Assembly: GCA_964462535.1 (NCBI GenBank)
Contig: CAYWXV010000001.1
Location: forward strand, 165,380 to 229,379
Length of the DNA stretch: 64,000 nucleotides
Direction of reading: 5' to 3'
Source: an uncultured Alphaproteobacteria bacterium
Lineage (GTDB): Bacteria > Bacteroidota > Ignavibacteria > OLB7
Part shown: in pieces, positions 19,176 to 29,327 of the stretch
Position numbering within the stretch: the first letter of the stretch is position 1
How the letters are laid out: the number at the start of each line of letters is the position of its first letter
The notes under the pieces: model-generated
Databases searched by the model: none
Told to the model about the DNA's origin: nothing
Seen by the model: the letters and a program-made list of their open reading frames with translations, nothing else
Translations under genes and position numbers: made by a program

Positions 19176-20609
19176 ATGACCGAAAACGACTTTCTGACTG
19201 CGCTGCCGATCGAGATAGTGTCGGTAATGGCGCTGTTGATCATGCTGGTCGACTCGTTCGTTCCCCGCTCCAGTCGCCTGCTCTCTGTCCTGTCCATTGT
19301 CGGGCTCGGAGGGGGAATCGTTGGCGCATGTGTCACGCTGCTTCAGCGCGAGATGCTGGGATTCGGAGGGCTGATTGCCGCCGGTGCATGGCGAAACGTT
19401 TTCGACATCATATTCTGCACCGCTGGAATTCTTACGGTTCTGCTTGCGCGTGATTACCTGCGGCGCGTGGGGGCAATGTTTGACGAATTCTATACGCTGT
19501 TGACGATGTCGGTCGTTGGCATGATGTTGATGGCTCATGCCAACGACTTCATGATCCTGTTCGTTGGTCTGGAGGTGATGTCTATTGCCTTCTACGTGAT
19601 GGCGGGTCTCATGCGGCGTTCGCTTTCATCGAACGAGGCGTCGATGAAGTACTTCCTGCTCGGGGCATTCGCCTCAGGATTTCTGCTGTACGGAATCGCC
19701 CTCATATATGGTGCGACCGGCGGGACGGGATACAGCGCTCTGGCCAAGGGTGTCGCGGATACGGGGTTCCCGGTCCTCCTTTGGGGTGGCGTGGCCTTGC
19801 TGATCGTCGGATTTGGATTCAAGGTTGCGGCCTTTCCATTTCATCAGTGGGCTCCGGATGTCTATCACGGCTCTCCGACGGTTGTGACGGGATTTATGAG
19901 CACGGCAGGGAAAGCCGCGGCGTTCGCCGGCTTCGTGGGAGCGATGGCTCCGATCCTGGCCTCCGGTGTGGCCGAAGCAGCATCAGTCCGGACAGTGTTG
20001 GGTGTCATCGCCGCCGCATCGATGTTAGTTGGAAACGTGGTGGCGATTGCACAGACCAACATCAAACGGATGCTTGCCTACTCGTCGATCGCCCACGCGG
20101 GGTACATGATGATCGGCCTGGCATCCGGCACGCTGACGGGGTACACGGGTATCATGTACTACCTGGCCGCCTATCTCTTCATGCAGATCGGAGCCTTCGC
20201 TGTCGTTGGCATGCTGGAGAAGGAGAATGGCGGAATGCTCTCTATCGAAGACTATAGGGGCCTTGGTCGTCGACGTCCAGGCCTTGCGATGGCGATGGCA
20301 GTGTTCATGTTCTCGTTGACCGGTATGCCTCCGTTTGCCGGCTTCTTCGGGAAGTACATGCTCTTTACTGCCGCAGTCTCGTCGAACATGACGTGGCTGG
20401 CGATCATTGGAGTCCTCGCCTCCGTGATCAGCGCATGGTTCTATCTCGGTCTGATCGTTACCATGTTTTTCCGGGAGCCTTCGGGCGACTCGGACGTAGA
20501 AGGCCTCACCTTCGGTACAGCCGTCGCCGGGGCTTTGGCAATCGCAATTGTCGGGGCGCTTGTCGTCGGATTCATACCGGATCAAATCATGCGACTGGGA
20601 GGCTACTGA
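19176..20609 (+). CDS. nuoN: NADH-quinone oxidoreductase subunit N.
   Basis: FPFHQWAPDVYHGSPTVVTGFMSTAGKAAAF motif. 477 aa polytopic. Confidence 0.9.
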   Translation: MTENDFLTALPIEIVSVMALLIMLVDSFVPRSSRLLSVLSIVGLGGGIVGACVTLLQREMLGFGGLIAAGAWRNVFDIIFCTAGILTVLLARDYLRRVGAMFDEFYTLLTMSVVGMMLMAHANDFMILFVGLEVMSIAFYVMAGLMRRSLSSNEASMKYFLLGAFASGFLLYGIALIYGATGGTGYSALAKGVADTGFPVLLWGGVALLIVGFGFKVAAFPFHQWAPDVYHGSPTVVTGFMSTAGKAAAFAGFVGAMAPILASGVAEAASVRTVLGVIAAASMLVGNVVAIAQTNIKRMLAYSSIAHAGYMMIGLASGTLTGYTGIMYYLAAYLFMQIGAFAVVGMLEKENGGMLSIEDYRGLGRRRPGLAMAMAVFMFSLTGMPPFAGFFGKYMLFTAAVSSNMTWLAIIGVLASVISAWFYLGLIVTMFFREPSGDSDVEGLTFGTAVAGALAIAIVGALVVGFIPDQIMRLGGY

Positions 20610-20679
20610 GAGGGAGCCTTTACATGACCGGGAGTTGGATGAAATGCGCGAACGGCGCATCTTGATCGTCGTACCTGAT

Positions 20680-20710
20680 CGGGGCCTGAACATCGGGCCC
20701 CGTTGCATTC
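20680..20710 (+). terminator. GC-rich hairpin (CGGGGCC-N9-GGCCCCG) followed by TTGCATT; a possible weak terminator between nuoN and hrcA.
   Basis: Perfect 7-bp GC stem. The U-tract is poor, so this is low confidence. Confidence 0.3.
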
Positions 20711-20716
20711 CCCCGA

Positions 20717-21799
20717 ATGCCTGAACTGGCAATGGTGGTTTCCCATCGACATACCGACAATCACGCGCACGGGCTGACGGAACGAGAGGAGTTGGTCCTC
20801 CGCTCGATCGTGCAGCATTACATTCTTACGGCCAATCCGGTAGGCTCGCGCTTTATTTCGAAGCGCCTAGAGGAAGAGTCCATCTCCGCCGCGACGATAC
20901 GGAATACGATGGCCGACCTGGAGGAAAAGGGGTTGATTTCCCATCCTCATACGTCGGCCGGCAGGGTGCCTACGGATCGCGGTTATCGATTGTACGTCGA
21001 CGCATTAATGGGTGAAGGGGGACTCACCGACGCCGAGCGGGCCACGATTAGACGAAACATCGACGCCACCCAGCCCACGCCAACGATGATGCGCGATGTG
21101 GCCCGTCTGGTGGCACATATATCAAGCCAGCTCGGAATTGTCACCGCGCCTGAAATTCTGGACTCGATCCTCGCGCGGATTGAGTTCGTTCCGCTGTCAA
21201 GCGTGCGGCTGCTGGTCGTCCTTGCCCTGGAACGCTCGCTGATACGAACGGTCACGTTGGAGGTACACGAGGAGTATGATCGCGAGGGACTCGATACGTT
21301 GGCCGCCGTCCTGAACGAACGTCTGACCGGCCTGTCACTCCGTGAAATCCGCAGTACTGTGGCCAATCGCCTATGTGACGTCGTCGATCTCGATGGCCTC
21401 GTGCGCCTTCTGGTGGATCGCTCGAATACGATCTTCGCTCAGCCGGAGGATATAGATCGAGTGCAGATGTCGCCGTCGGGCTCCATTTTCGATCAACCCG
21501 AGTTCGCTAACCGTGAACAGATGCGGGGCATTGTGGAGCTTATTGAGAACGAAGAGATGGTTATTCACTTGTTGGAGCGACGCCCGGGGGACGATGAGAC
21601 GGGTGTGGAGATTTCCATCGGATCGGAGATTGGTGATCAGCGCCTGACTGACTACAGTCTGGTTACGACCAGATACATGATCGGGTCAACAACGGGGACG
21701 ATCGGTTTGATCGGTCCGAAGCGAATGGACTATTCGAGGATGCGAACGGTCGTTGACTACATTGCGCGCACCATCACGAAAAATTTTCAGGGGCGGTGA
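20717..21799 (+). CDS. hrcA: Heat-inducible transcription repressor HrcA.
   Basis: LTEREELVLRSIVQHYILTANPVGSRFISKR is the N-terminal wHTH. The C-terminal part is HrcA-like. The exact start is uncertain. Confidence 0.85.
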   Translation: MPELAMVVSHRHTDNHAHGLTEREELVLRSIVQHYILTANPVGSRFISKRLEEESISAATIRNTMADLEEKGLISHPHTSAGRVPTDRGYRLYVDALMGEGGLTDAERATIRRNIDATQPTPTMMRDVARLVAHISSQLGIVTAPEILDSILARIEFVPLSSVRLLVVLALERSLIRTVTLEVHEEYDREGLDTLAAVLNERLTGLSLREIRSTVANRLCDVVDLDGLVRLLVDRSNTIFAQPEDIDRVQMSPSGSIFDQPEFANREQMRGIVELIENEEMVIHLLERRPGDDETGVEISIGSEIGDQRLTDYSLVTTRYMIGSTTGTIGLIGPKRMDYSRMRTVVDYIARTITKNFQGR

Positions 21800-21917
21800 G
21801 CGTCTCCTCGCCGCCGCAGTGCGATGCTGGCTGGAGCGCAACCTTTGCTGGTGATCTCTCGCTAGCCGAACCTTGAACGAAGTGGATCGTGTGATCCGTG
21901 ACTGAATCAGCAACACT

Positions 21918-22484
21918 ATGGACGAGATGTTCGGAAAGAAGAATACTGCCGAAGAACCAGAAGAAGTCGAACGTGATGAGACGAGCGAAGCGGGGGAAGA
22001 TCAGAACACCGATGCAGCCGAGCTTGCCCGTCTCAGGGAAGAGAATGTGAAGCTGCGCGACCAGGCACTCCGGTCACTGGCAGAGGTCGAGAATGTACGG
22101 CGTCGCTCCGCAGCCGAGCGCGAGTCGGTGATTCAATATGCCAATGAGGGATTGCTCCGCGAGCTACTCCCTATTGTCGATGATTTCCGGCGGTCTGTCG
22201 AGAGTGGTGAAAAGGCGCGTGACTTCGAGCCATTCTTCCAGGGCATATCAATGATCAACGACAAGTTCAGCAGGCTCCTGGAGCAACGCGACGTCAAGCG
22301 AATCACAACGGTGGGGGAGGAGTTCAACGTCGAACTTCATGAGGCGCTAATGAGACAGCCTAGCGACGCGCCGGAAGGAACCATCGTTGGTGAGATTGAG
22401 CCTGGCTACACGTACGGAGGGAAAGTCATTCGGCACGCGCGGGTAATCGTGTCGGCCGGGTCGCCCGCGGAGAGCGCGGAGTAG
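21918..22484 (+). CDS. grpE: Nucleotide exchange factor GrpE.
   Basis: Acidic N-terminus, coiled-coil region, and a C-terminal ...EALMRQPSDAPEGTIVGEIEPGYTYGGKVIRHARV motif. Confidence 0.85.
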   Translation: MDEMFGKKNTAEEPEEVERDETSEAGEDQNTDAAELARLREENVKLRDQALRSLAEVENVRRRSAAERESVIQYANEGLLRELLPIVDDFRRSVESGEKARDFEPFFQGISMINDKFSRLLEQRDVKRITTVGEEFNVELHEALMRQPSDAPEGTIVGEIEPGYTYGGKVIRHARVIVSAGSPAESAE

Positions 22485-22537
22485 TGCTCGTACGAGTGAC
22501 GAGCGCGAACATGTTCGGTTGATCTGTTCGAGGAGAA

Positions 22538-23698
22538 ATGGAAAAACGGGATTACTACGAAGTACTTGGTGTCACTCGTGATGCCGCGCAATCGGAGATC
22601 AAGAGTGCGTACCGAAAGCTGGCGCTGAAGTACCATCCGGATCACAACCCGGACACTCCCGATGCGGAGGATCGATTCAAGGAGGCTGCCGAGGCCTACG
22701 AAGTCCTTTCGGACGCAGATAGACGCGCCCGATACGATCGTTTCGGTCACTCTGGCATCCGCAGCGGACAGGATTACCACAACTTCTCGAACATCAGCGA
22801 CATCTTCTCAGCGTTCGGGGGATCGATTTTCAGTGATCTCTTTGGTGGCGGTCGTGGTGCTCAAGGACAAGGGCCGACATTCGGCCAGCCGGGTGGCGAT
22901 CTCAGGATCCGGTTACCACTGACCCTTGAGGAGATTGCCTCCGGTGCCGAAAAGACCATCACTATCCGCCGACTAGTAACGTGCGACGATTGCACCGGGA
23001 AGGGCTACAGAAGCTCTAATGCGCTTCGTCCCTGCGCCGTCTGTGGAGGAAGCGGGGAGGTCCGGCAGGTAAGTCGATCGTTTTTCGGTCAGTTCATAAA
23101 CGTTGGTCCATGCCAGTCATGCGGTGGTGAAGGGCAGGTCATCACCGACCCCTGTCCTACGTGCAATGGCGAAGGGCGTTTTCAGGGGGAAGCCAGGGAG
23201 CGCGTCGACGTTCCAGCAGGCGTGTCCGATGGAAACTACATACCGATTCGTGGTCGCGGGAACGCCGGGCGGCACGGCGGACCAGCAGGTGATTTGATCG
23301 TCCTGATTGAGGAGCGCGAGCATCCGCTGTTCGTCAGAAATGGCGACGATGTCATTCACGACCTGAAGGTGACGTTCCCGCAGGCAGCGCTCGGAGCCGA
23401 GATCGACGTCCCCACGCTGGATGGCACATCGGTTATCAAGGTTGAGGCGGGCACGCAGCCGGGGACGCTTCTGCGGATGCGCGAGAAGGGTATTCCCCAC
23501 CTGCATAGCAGCAAACGTGGCGACCAGATCGTCCGCATCGGCATTCACGTGCCAACAAAGCTTACGGAGGAGGAAGAAGAGACGCTCCGTCGGCTTTCGG
23601 ACATGCCGAACATTACTCCGACTTCGCGACAGGAAGGGAATGGTGGAAAGGGGGGATTCTTCTCACGCATGAAAGAGGTGTTCGGTTCGGCAGGCTGA
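22538..23698 (+). CDS. dnaJ: Chaperone DnaJ.
   Basis: J domain (DYYEVLGV...KYHPDHNPD). G/F region. Four CxxCxG zinc-finger repeats ([32 protein letters not shown]). Confidence 0.9.
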   Translation: MEKRDYYEVLGVTRDAAQSEIKSAYRKLALKYHPDHNPDTPDAEDRFKEAAEAYEVLSDADRRARYDRFGHSGIRSGQDYHNFSNISDIFSAFGGSIFSDLFGGGRGAQGQGPTFGQPGGDLRIRLPLTLEEIASGAEKTITIRRLVTCDDCTGKGYRSSNALRPCAVCGGSGEVRQVSRSFFGQFINVGPCQSCGGEGQVITDPCPTCNGEGRFQGEARERVDVPAGVSDGNYIPIRGRGNAGRHGGPAGDLIVLIEEREHPLFVRNGDDVIHDLKVTFPQAALGAEIDVPTLDGTSVIKVEAGTQPGTLLRMREKGIPHLHSSKRGDQIVRIGIHVPTKLTEEEEETLRRLSDMPNITPTSRQEGNGGKGGFFSRMKEVFGSAG

Positions 23699-23720
23699 CA
23701 GCCGCCACGCCATACTGCCC

Positions 23721-25493
23721 ATGAAGGAACTCCGTCGGCTCTGGCCATATATCAAGCGTTATCGCGCCCGTCTCTATTGGGGATTGGCCGCGATTACGTT
23801 GTCGAACGTGTTCTCGGTTGCAATTCCGAGAATCATTGGACCGACGATCAACCTTGTCAATGAGGCTAGCCACGATCCGGCGCTGGCAGCAACACTTACA
23901 ACCGGGTATCTACTCCGGCAGGCCGGCATCATCGTCCTGCTCTCGATCGGGTCAGGCGTCTTTCTATACCTGACACGTCAGGCCATAATCGTCATGTCGC
24001 GGCTGATCGAGCGCGACCTGCGCAATGATTTTCTCCGCCACGTTCAACACCTGCCGACGTCACACTTCACGGCAACGCCGACCGGCGACATCATGGCGCT
24101 GGCAACGAATGACATCGGAGCCGTGCGCGAGTTCGTTGGCCCGGCATTGATGTACAGTGCCAACACGATCACCACGTTTGCGTTCGCACTGACAATGATG
24201 CTGACGTTGTCGGTGAAGATCACGCTTCTCGCGCTTATACCTCTACCGCTTGTTAGCTGGTCCGTCTACCGGCTGGGGAAGAAGATCCACTCCCTGTTCA
24301 CCGATGTTCAGGCGCAGTTCGCCGACATGACGTCATTTGCGCAGGAGAACCTGTCGGGTGTCCGCGTGGTGCGCGCCTACGTGAGAGAGACGTTTCAGGT
24401 GAGCGCGTTCGCAGCGATGAGCTCACTATACAAGACGCGCAACATGAAGCTTGTTCGGGTGCAGGCTTTGATGATGCCGGCCATGATGGCGCTAATCGGT
24501 GTTTCGCAGTTGATCGTGCTGCTGGTCGGGGGGATGGAGGTTGGCGCCGGAAGGTCCAACATCGGCGACATAACGCAGTTCTTTGCCTACATCTCCCAGC
24601 TCATCTGGCCAGTAATAGCGATTGGCTGGGTTACCAACCTCGTACAACGTGGTGCGGCGTCGATGGCGCGGCTCAACGTAGTGTTTGATTATCCGTCCGA
24701 GCCGCAAACGCCCGCTGCGTCGGAAAGCAAGCGGCCCTCCATCAGAGGCGATATCGAATTCAGGGATGTCACCTTCAGGTATCGGGATGACCTGCCGCCG
24801 GCGCTCGACCACGTCTCGTTCAATGTTCCGGCCGGGGGTACCCTTGCCATTATTGGAACGACGGGAGCAGGAAAGAGCACCATCTGCTCGCTTGTTGCAA
24901 GGTTGTACGACGTAACCTCCGGAGAAATTCTGCTGGATGGCCGTCCAGTAACGACCTACGGCCTGGACGATCTGCGATCCGCAATAGGCGTGGTTACACA
25001 GGAGACCTTTCTCTTCTCCGACTCGTTGTCAGGCAATATTCGTTTCGGCAATAGGGGCGCTACCGATGAAGAGGTTCTCGGTGCCGCTGACGATGCAGGT
25101 CTCACCGAGGCCATCGAGAGATTTCCCAAGGGGTTTGACACGATGGTTGGGGAGCGAGGAATCACGCTTAGTGGTGGGCAAAAGCAACGTACCTCAATTG
25201 CAAGAGCGCTTCTCCGCCAGCCGGCAATATTGATGCTGGACGACGCGCTCTCTGCTGTGGACACGGAGACGGAGGAGCGAATTCTCCAGCGACTAAGACA
25301 CCAGATGAAGGGGCGTACGAGCATCTTGATAGCCCACCGGATATCGACGGTAAAGGATGCCGATCAAATCCTCTTCATGGACAGCGGTCGAATTGTGGAG
25401 CAGGGCACACACGAGGAATTGTTGGCGCTCCGGGGCGAATATGCCCGCGTCTACGAACGTCAGCTCCTCGAGGCCGAGCTGGACGCATTGTAA
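23721..25493 (+). CDS. ABC transporter, fused permease/ATPase (MsbA/multidrug exporter type).
   Basis: Six-TM N-terminal domain. Walker A GTTGAGKST, signature LSGGQKQR, Walker B ILMLDDALSAVD. Confidence 0.8.
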   Translation: MKELRRLWPYIKRYRARLYWGLAAITLSNVFSVAIPRIIGPTINLVNEASHDPALAATLTTGYLLRQAGIIVLLSIGSGVFLYLTRQAIIVMSRLIERDLRNDFLRHVQHLPTSHFTATPTGDIMALATNDIGAVREFVGPALMYSANTITTFAFALTMMLTLSVKITLLALIPLPLVSWSVYRLGKKIHSLFTDVQAQFADMTSFAQENLSGVRVVRAYVRETFQVSAFAAMSSLYKTRNMKLVRVQALMMPAMMALIGVSQLIVLLVGGMEVGAGRSNIGDITQFFAYISQLIWPVIAIGWVTNLVQRGAASMARLNVVFDYPSEPQTPAASESKRPSIRGDIEFRDVTFRYRDDLPPALDHVSFNVPAGGTLAIIGTTGAGKSTICSLVARLYDVTSGEILLDGRPVTTYGLDDLRSAIGVVTQETFLFSDSLSGNIRFGNRGATDEEVLGAADDAGLTEAIERFPKGFDTMVGERGITLSGGQKQRTSIARALLRQPAILMLDDALSAVDTETEERILQRLRHQMKGRTSILIAHRISTVKDADQILFMDSGRIVEQGTHEELLALRGEYARVYERQLLEAELDAL

Positions 25494-25609
25494 CCCCGCA
25501 CGACCCCCAACCCAGCGACTCAAGCGCTCCCGACGAACCCGATTGAATCGGTATATTCACGCTTCGCCCGGATCAGAACGGGCACAGGCAGCAACTGCAC
25601 AACAACAAC

Positions 25610-28600
25610 ATGCTCAAGCTCCTTGAACGGTTCCTGGGGTCCAAACGCCAGAAGGACGTCGAATTGCTCCTCCCCATCGTGGAGGAAATCAACCACTACT
25701 TCGACGAATATCAGTCTCTGAGCGACGACGAATTACGCGGCAAGACCGCGGAGTTCCGCGCGCGCATCAAGGAACGAACAGGCGAGGCAGAGGATCATAT
25801 AGTCGAGTTGCGCGAGCGGCTGAAGAACGTCACAAATGGTGCTGAGCGGAACGAGATCTACGACGAGCTGGCTCGACTCGAAAACGAGGTCTATGCCTCG
25901 GAACAGGAAATGCTCATCGAACTCCTCCCGGAGGCCTTCGCGGTCGTTAAGGAGACCTGTCGTCGTCACGTCGGCGAGACGTGGGAGGCAGGTGGGGGGA
26001 TCGTTTCGTGGGAGATGGTTCATTACGATGTGCAGCTCATTGGCGGCATCGTTCTGCACCAGGGTAAGATTGCTGAAATGGCGACAGGAGAGGGAAAGAC
26101 ACTCGTCGCAACGCTCCCAACCTACCTTAATGCCCTCCCAGGGAAGGGTGTCCATATCATCACGGTCAATGACTACCTCGCAAAACGTGATGCAGAATGG
26201 ATGGGCCCCATCTACAAGTGGCTGGGGTTGACGGTCGGCTGCATCCAGTCGGCCATGCTACCCCAGCAACGCTTGCCTCACTACCAGTGCGACATCACGT
26301 TCGGAACCAACAACGAGTTCGGCTTCGATTACCTGCGCGACAACATGGCCGGCAACGTTGCCGACCTCGTGCAACGTGGGCACAACTACGCCATCGTGGA
26401 CGAGGTCGACTCCGTCCTGATTGACGAGGCCCGAACGCCGCTGATCATATCCGGGCCGGTCGGCACCGAAAGCGACCAGTCCTTCTCGATCATGAAGCCA
26501 CGTGTCGAGCGGCTCGTGAAGCTCCAGGCGTCGGAAGTAACGAAGATGGTGGCCGAGGCCGAGCGACTTCTCGCCACGGGAGACGCCGCAGCGCGCACGG
26601 AGGCAGGCGTCCATTTGCTCCGCGCGTATCGGGGACTCCCGAAGCACAACCGCCTGACGAAGCTCCTACAGGATCCGATGACGAAGAAACTTCAGCAGGA
26701 TACAGAGCTGGAGTATCTCCGCGACAAGGGAGCGCGGATGCAGGAAATCGATCAGGAACTCTATTACGCGGTCGACGAGAAGAACCACTCAATCGACATG
26801 ACCGAAAAGGGGCGAAGCACGATTGCGGCTTCGGGGGAAGATCCGGATGTGTTCCTGATTCCCGACCTCGCATCGGCATTGAGCGAAATCGATGGCTCGG
26901 ATATGTCGCCGGACGACAAGGCCACCGCGCGCGACAAGGCGATGCATTTGTTTGCGGAGCGGTCGGATCGCATCCACACCGTCTCGCAACTCCTCAGGGC
27001 GTACACGCTTTATGAGAAGGACGACGAGTACGTTGTCGATCAGGGGAAGATTAAGATCGTCGATTCCTTTACCGGGAGAACACTCGAAGGTCGGCGCTAC
27101 TCTGAAGGTCTGCATCAGGCCATCGAGGCCAAGGAAGGGGTGACTGTCGAGGCCGACACACAGACGTTTGCAACGGTCACAATCCAGAACTACTTCCGCC
27201 TCTACCGCAAGCTTGCCGGGATGACCGGTACCGCCGAAACGGAGGAGACGGAGTTCAATCAGATCTACAAACTCGACGTCGTAGTCATCCCGACGAATCG
27301 TCCCGTGGTTCGTGACGATCGGAACGATTTGATCTACAGGACCAAGCGGGCCAAGTACAACGCTGTCGTTGTCGAGGTAGAGCGATTGCGCGGGATAGGT
27401 CGCCCGGTGTTGGTCGGTACGACCAGCGTTGAGGTTTCCGAAACGCTAAGCCGAATGCTCCAGCGTGCGAAGATCCCTCACTCGGTTCTTAACGCGAAGC
27501 AACATGCGCGCGAGGCAGAGATTGTCACCGGCGCCGGCCAGAAAGGGGCTGTGACTATCGCCACAAACATGGCAGGACGCGGCACCGACATCAAACTTGG
27601 GCCAGGCGTCAAAGACCTGGGTGGACTTGCGATCATCGGAACCGAGCGACACGAATCGCGGCGAATCGACCGTCAGCTCCGTGGGCGATCGGGTCGTCAA
27701 GGCGATCCCGGGTCATCGCAGTTCTTCATCTCGATGGAAGACGACCTGATGCGCCTCTTTGGTGGCGACACGCTCACGCGATACATGGATCGTCTGAAGG
27801 TAGGCCCGGACGAGGTGCTGGAACACTCGCTCCTGACGAAGTCGGTTGAGCGAGCGCAGAAGAAGGTGGAGGAGAACAACTTCTCCATTCGCAAGAACCT
27901 CCTCGAGTACGACGACGTGATGAATCAGCAGCGCGAGGTGGTGTACGATCGCCGGCGGCATGCGCTTCACGGAGAACGACTAAAGGCCGAGGTCCTCGAA
28001 TACGCCGAGGAGTTTGTGTCTACGACGGTGCAGGCTTGCTTTCCCGAGGCTATCCAGACGATTGTGACCGAGGTGCAGACGAAGCTCGTGACGCCGATTG
28101 AGTTGAGTCCCGAGCGTGCCGCAGAGTTGGGACCTGATCTCCTTGTCGAGAAGATCATGGAGGCCGTCGACGACGTGTATGCCAGAAAGGAGGGTCGATA
28201 CGGAGCGGAGTTCATGGGTAACCTGGAACGCTACGCTGTCCTGACCGTCATTGACGACAAATGGCGACAGCACCTCCGCGACATGGACGATCTGAAACAG
28301 GGTATCCGGCTCCGCAGTTATGCCCAGCGTGACCCGCTGGTTGAGTACAAGCGAGAGGCGTTCGAGCTGTTCACGCAGATGTTGGGAGAGATCAACGCCG
28401 ACGTCGCATCGTTCGTGCTTCGCTACAATCCTGATCCGACCGCGGTTCGCCAGGCCGATGATCGAGGTCAACGCACCCGCCAGACGCCATCGAGGCGTGG
28501 AGCGGCTGATGCCGAAGGAGGTCTACCGGAGCGATCGAACACGTCATCTTCACGTCGCCTTCGATTCTCACACGCCACGTCCACAGGACTCGGACTTGGT

Positions 28601-28759
28601 TCGAATCCTGACGCAGCGATTTCGGAGGCCGAGGGTGGAGCAAAATCTGACATTGACGAGCCCGTGACGCAGGTGATCCGAGACGAGAAAAAGGTGGGAC
28701 GGAATGATCCCTGTTATTGCGGAAGCGGGAAGAAGTTCAAGCACTGCCATGGTCGCTAG
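25610..28759 (+). CDS. secA: Preprotein translocase ATPase SecA.
   Basis: Walker A MATGEGKTLVATLP and a DEVDSVLIDEARTPLIISG motif. 1049 aa. C-terminal zinc-binding tail CYCGSGKKFKHCHG. Confidence 0.95.
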   Translation: MLKLLERFLGSKRQKDVELLLPIVEEINHYFDEYQSLSDDELRGKTAEFRARIKERTGEAEDHIVELRERLKNVTNGAERNEIYDELARLENEVYASEQEMLIELLPEAFAVVKETCRRHVGETWEAGGGIVSWEMVHYDVQLIGGIVLHQGKIAEMATGEGKTLVATLPTYLNALPGKGVHIITVNDYLAKRDAEWMGPIYKWLGLTVGCIQSAMLPQQRLPHYQCDITFGTNNEFGFDYLRDNMAGNVADLVQRGHNYAIVDEVDSVLIDEARTPLIISGPVGTESDQSFSIMKPRVERLVKLQASEVTKMVAEAERLLATGDAAARTEAGVHLLRAYRGLPKHNRLTKLLQDPMTKKLQQDTELEYLRDKGARMQEIDQELYYAVDEKNHSIDMTEKGRSTIAASGEDPDVFLIPDLASALSEIDGSDMSPDDKATARDKAMHLFAERSDRIHTVSQLLRAYTLYEKDDEYVVDQGKIKIVDSFTGRTLEGRRYSEGLHQAIEAKEGVTVEADTQTFATVTIQNYFRLYRKLAGMTGTAETEETEFNQIYKLDVVVIPTNRPVVRDDRNDLIYRTKRAKYNAVVVEVERLRGIGRPVLVGTTSVEVSETLSRMLQRAKIPHSVLNAKQHAREAEIVTGAGQKGAVTIATNMAGRGTDIKLGPGVKDLGGLAIIGTERHESRRIDRQLRGRSGRQGDPGSSQFFISMEDDLMRLFGGDTLTRYMDRLKVGPDEVLEHSLLTKSVERAQKKVEENNFSIRKNLLEYDDVMNQQREVVYDRRRHALHGERLKAEVLEYAEEFVSTTVQACFPEAIQTIVTEVQTKLVTPIELSPERAAELGPDLLVEKIMEAVDDVYARKEGRYGAEFMGNLERYAVLTVIDDKWRQHLRDMDDLKQGIRLRSYAQRDPLVEYKREAFELFTQMLGEINADVASFVLRYNPDPTAVRQADDRGQRTRQTPSRRGAADAEGGLPERSNTSSSRRLRFSHATSTGLGLGSNPDAAISEAEGGAKSDIDEPVTQVIRDEKKVGRNDPCYCGSGKKFKHCHGR

Positions 28760-29309
28760 GCTCGAGGTCGGCGCTGCTCGGTCCGGCTCGTTACGACGGG
28801 CCACCTTCCTGCTTGTCGTCGTGGCCTGGTTGGTTTCATCTCCAGACCTGACGGCGCAGACGGACACGGCGACTTTGTCACTCCCGTCCGGGGATATCGG
28901 ATCGTTCTACGATTACAGCGGGCTTGGCGGAATCCCGATGTACGTGAACGTGTGGGGATTCGTCCGGAGTCCCGGTCGGTACAAGGTGCCAAGCTCAACT
29001 ACCCTTGCGGATCTAATTTCGCTCGCCGGCGGACCCACCGAGGGGGCGTTTGTCGATCGCATCACCGTCACGCGAGATCCGGACGTCGATTCGTCCCTCC
29101 GCGGCTCTCTCGTAGTGTCGTACGACCTCAAGCGATTCCTCGAAACCGGCGCCAAGACCGACAACCCCATTCTCTTTCCGAGCTCGACGATATACGTTCC
29201 CGGCGACAGCAGTCCCACAGACTTCCAGGACACGTTGACCATCGTCGCGAGCGCGGCTACAATTGTTCTTTCCGTCGTCGGCATTTTTGTTGCCATCCGA
29301 CAGAACTGA
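28749..29309 (+). CDS. SLBB-domain (polysaccharide-export/Wza-like soluble-ligand-binding beta-grasp) protein with a C-terminal TM anchor.
   Basis: Signal peptide. GIPMYVNVWGFVRSPGRYKVPSSTTLADLISLAGGPTE is the SLBB signature. The start overlaps the secA 3' end by 11 nt, and the start choice is tentative. Confidence 0.5.
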   Translation: MVARLEVGAARSGSLRRATFLLVVVAWLVSSPDLTAQTDTATLSLPSGDIGSFYDYSGLGGIPMYVNVWGFVRSPGRYKVPSSTTLADLISLAGGPTEGAFVDRITVTRDPDVDSSLRGSLVVSYDLKRFLETGAKTDNPILFPSSTIYVPGDSSPTDFQDTLTIVASAATIVLSVVGIFVAIRQN

Positions 29310-29327
29310 CCTTCTGAACTCCGTTTC

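Noticed and set aside
22487-22496. Perfect 10-bp palindrome CTCGTACGAG right after the grpE stop, considered as a CIRCE-like HrcA operator
   Set aside because: It does not match the CIRCE consensus TTAGCACTC-N9-GAGTGCTAA in sequence or length. It may be a small hairpin only.
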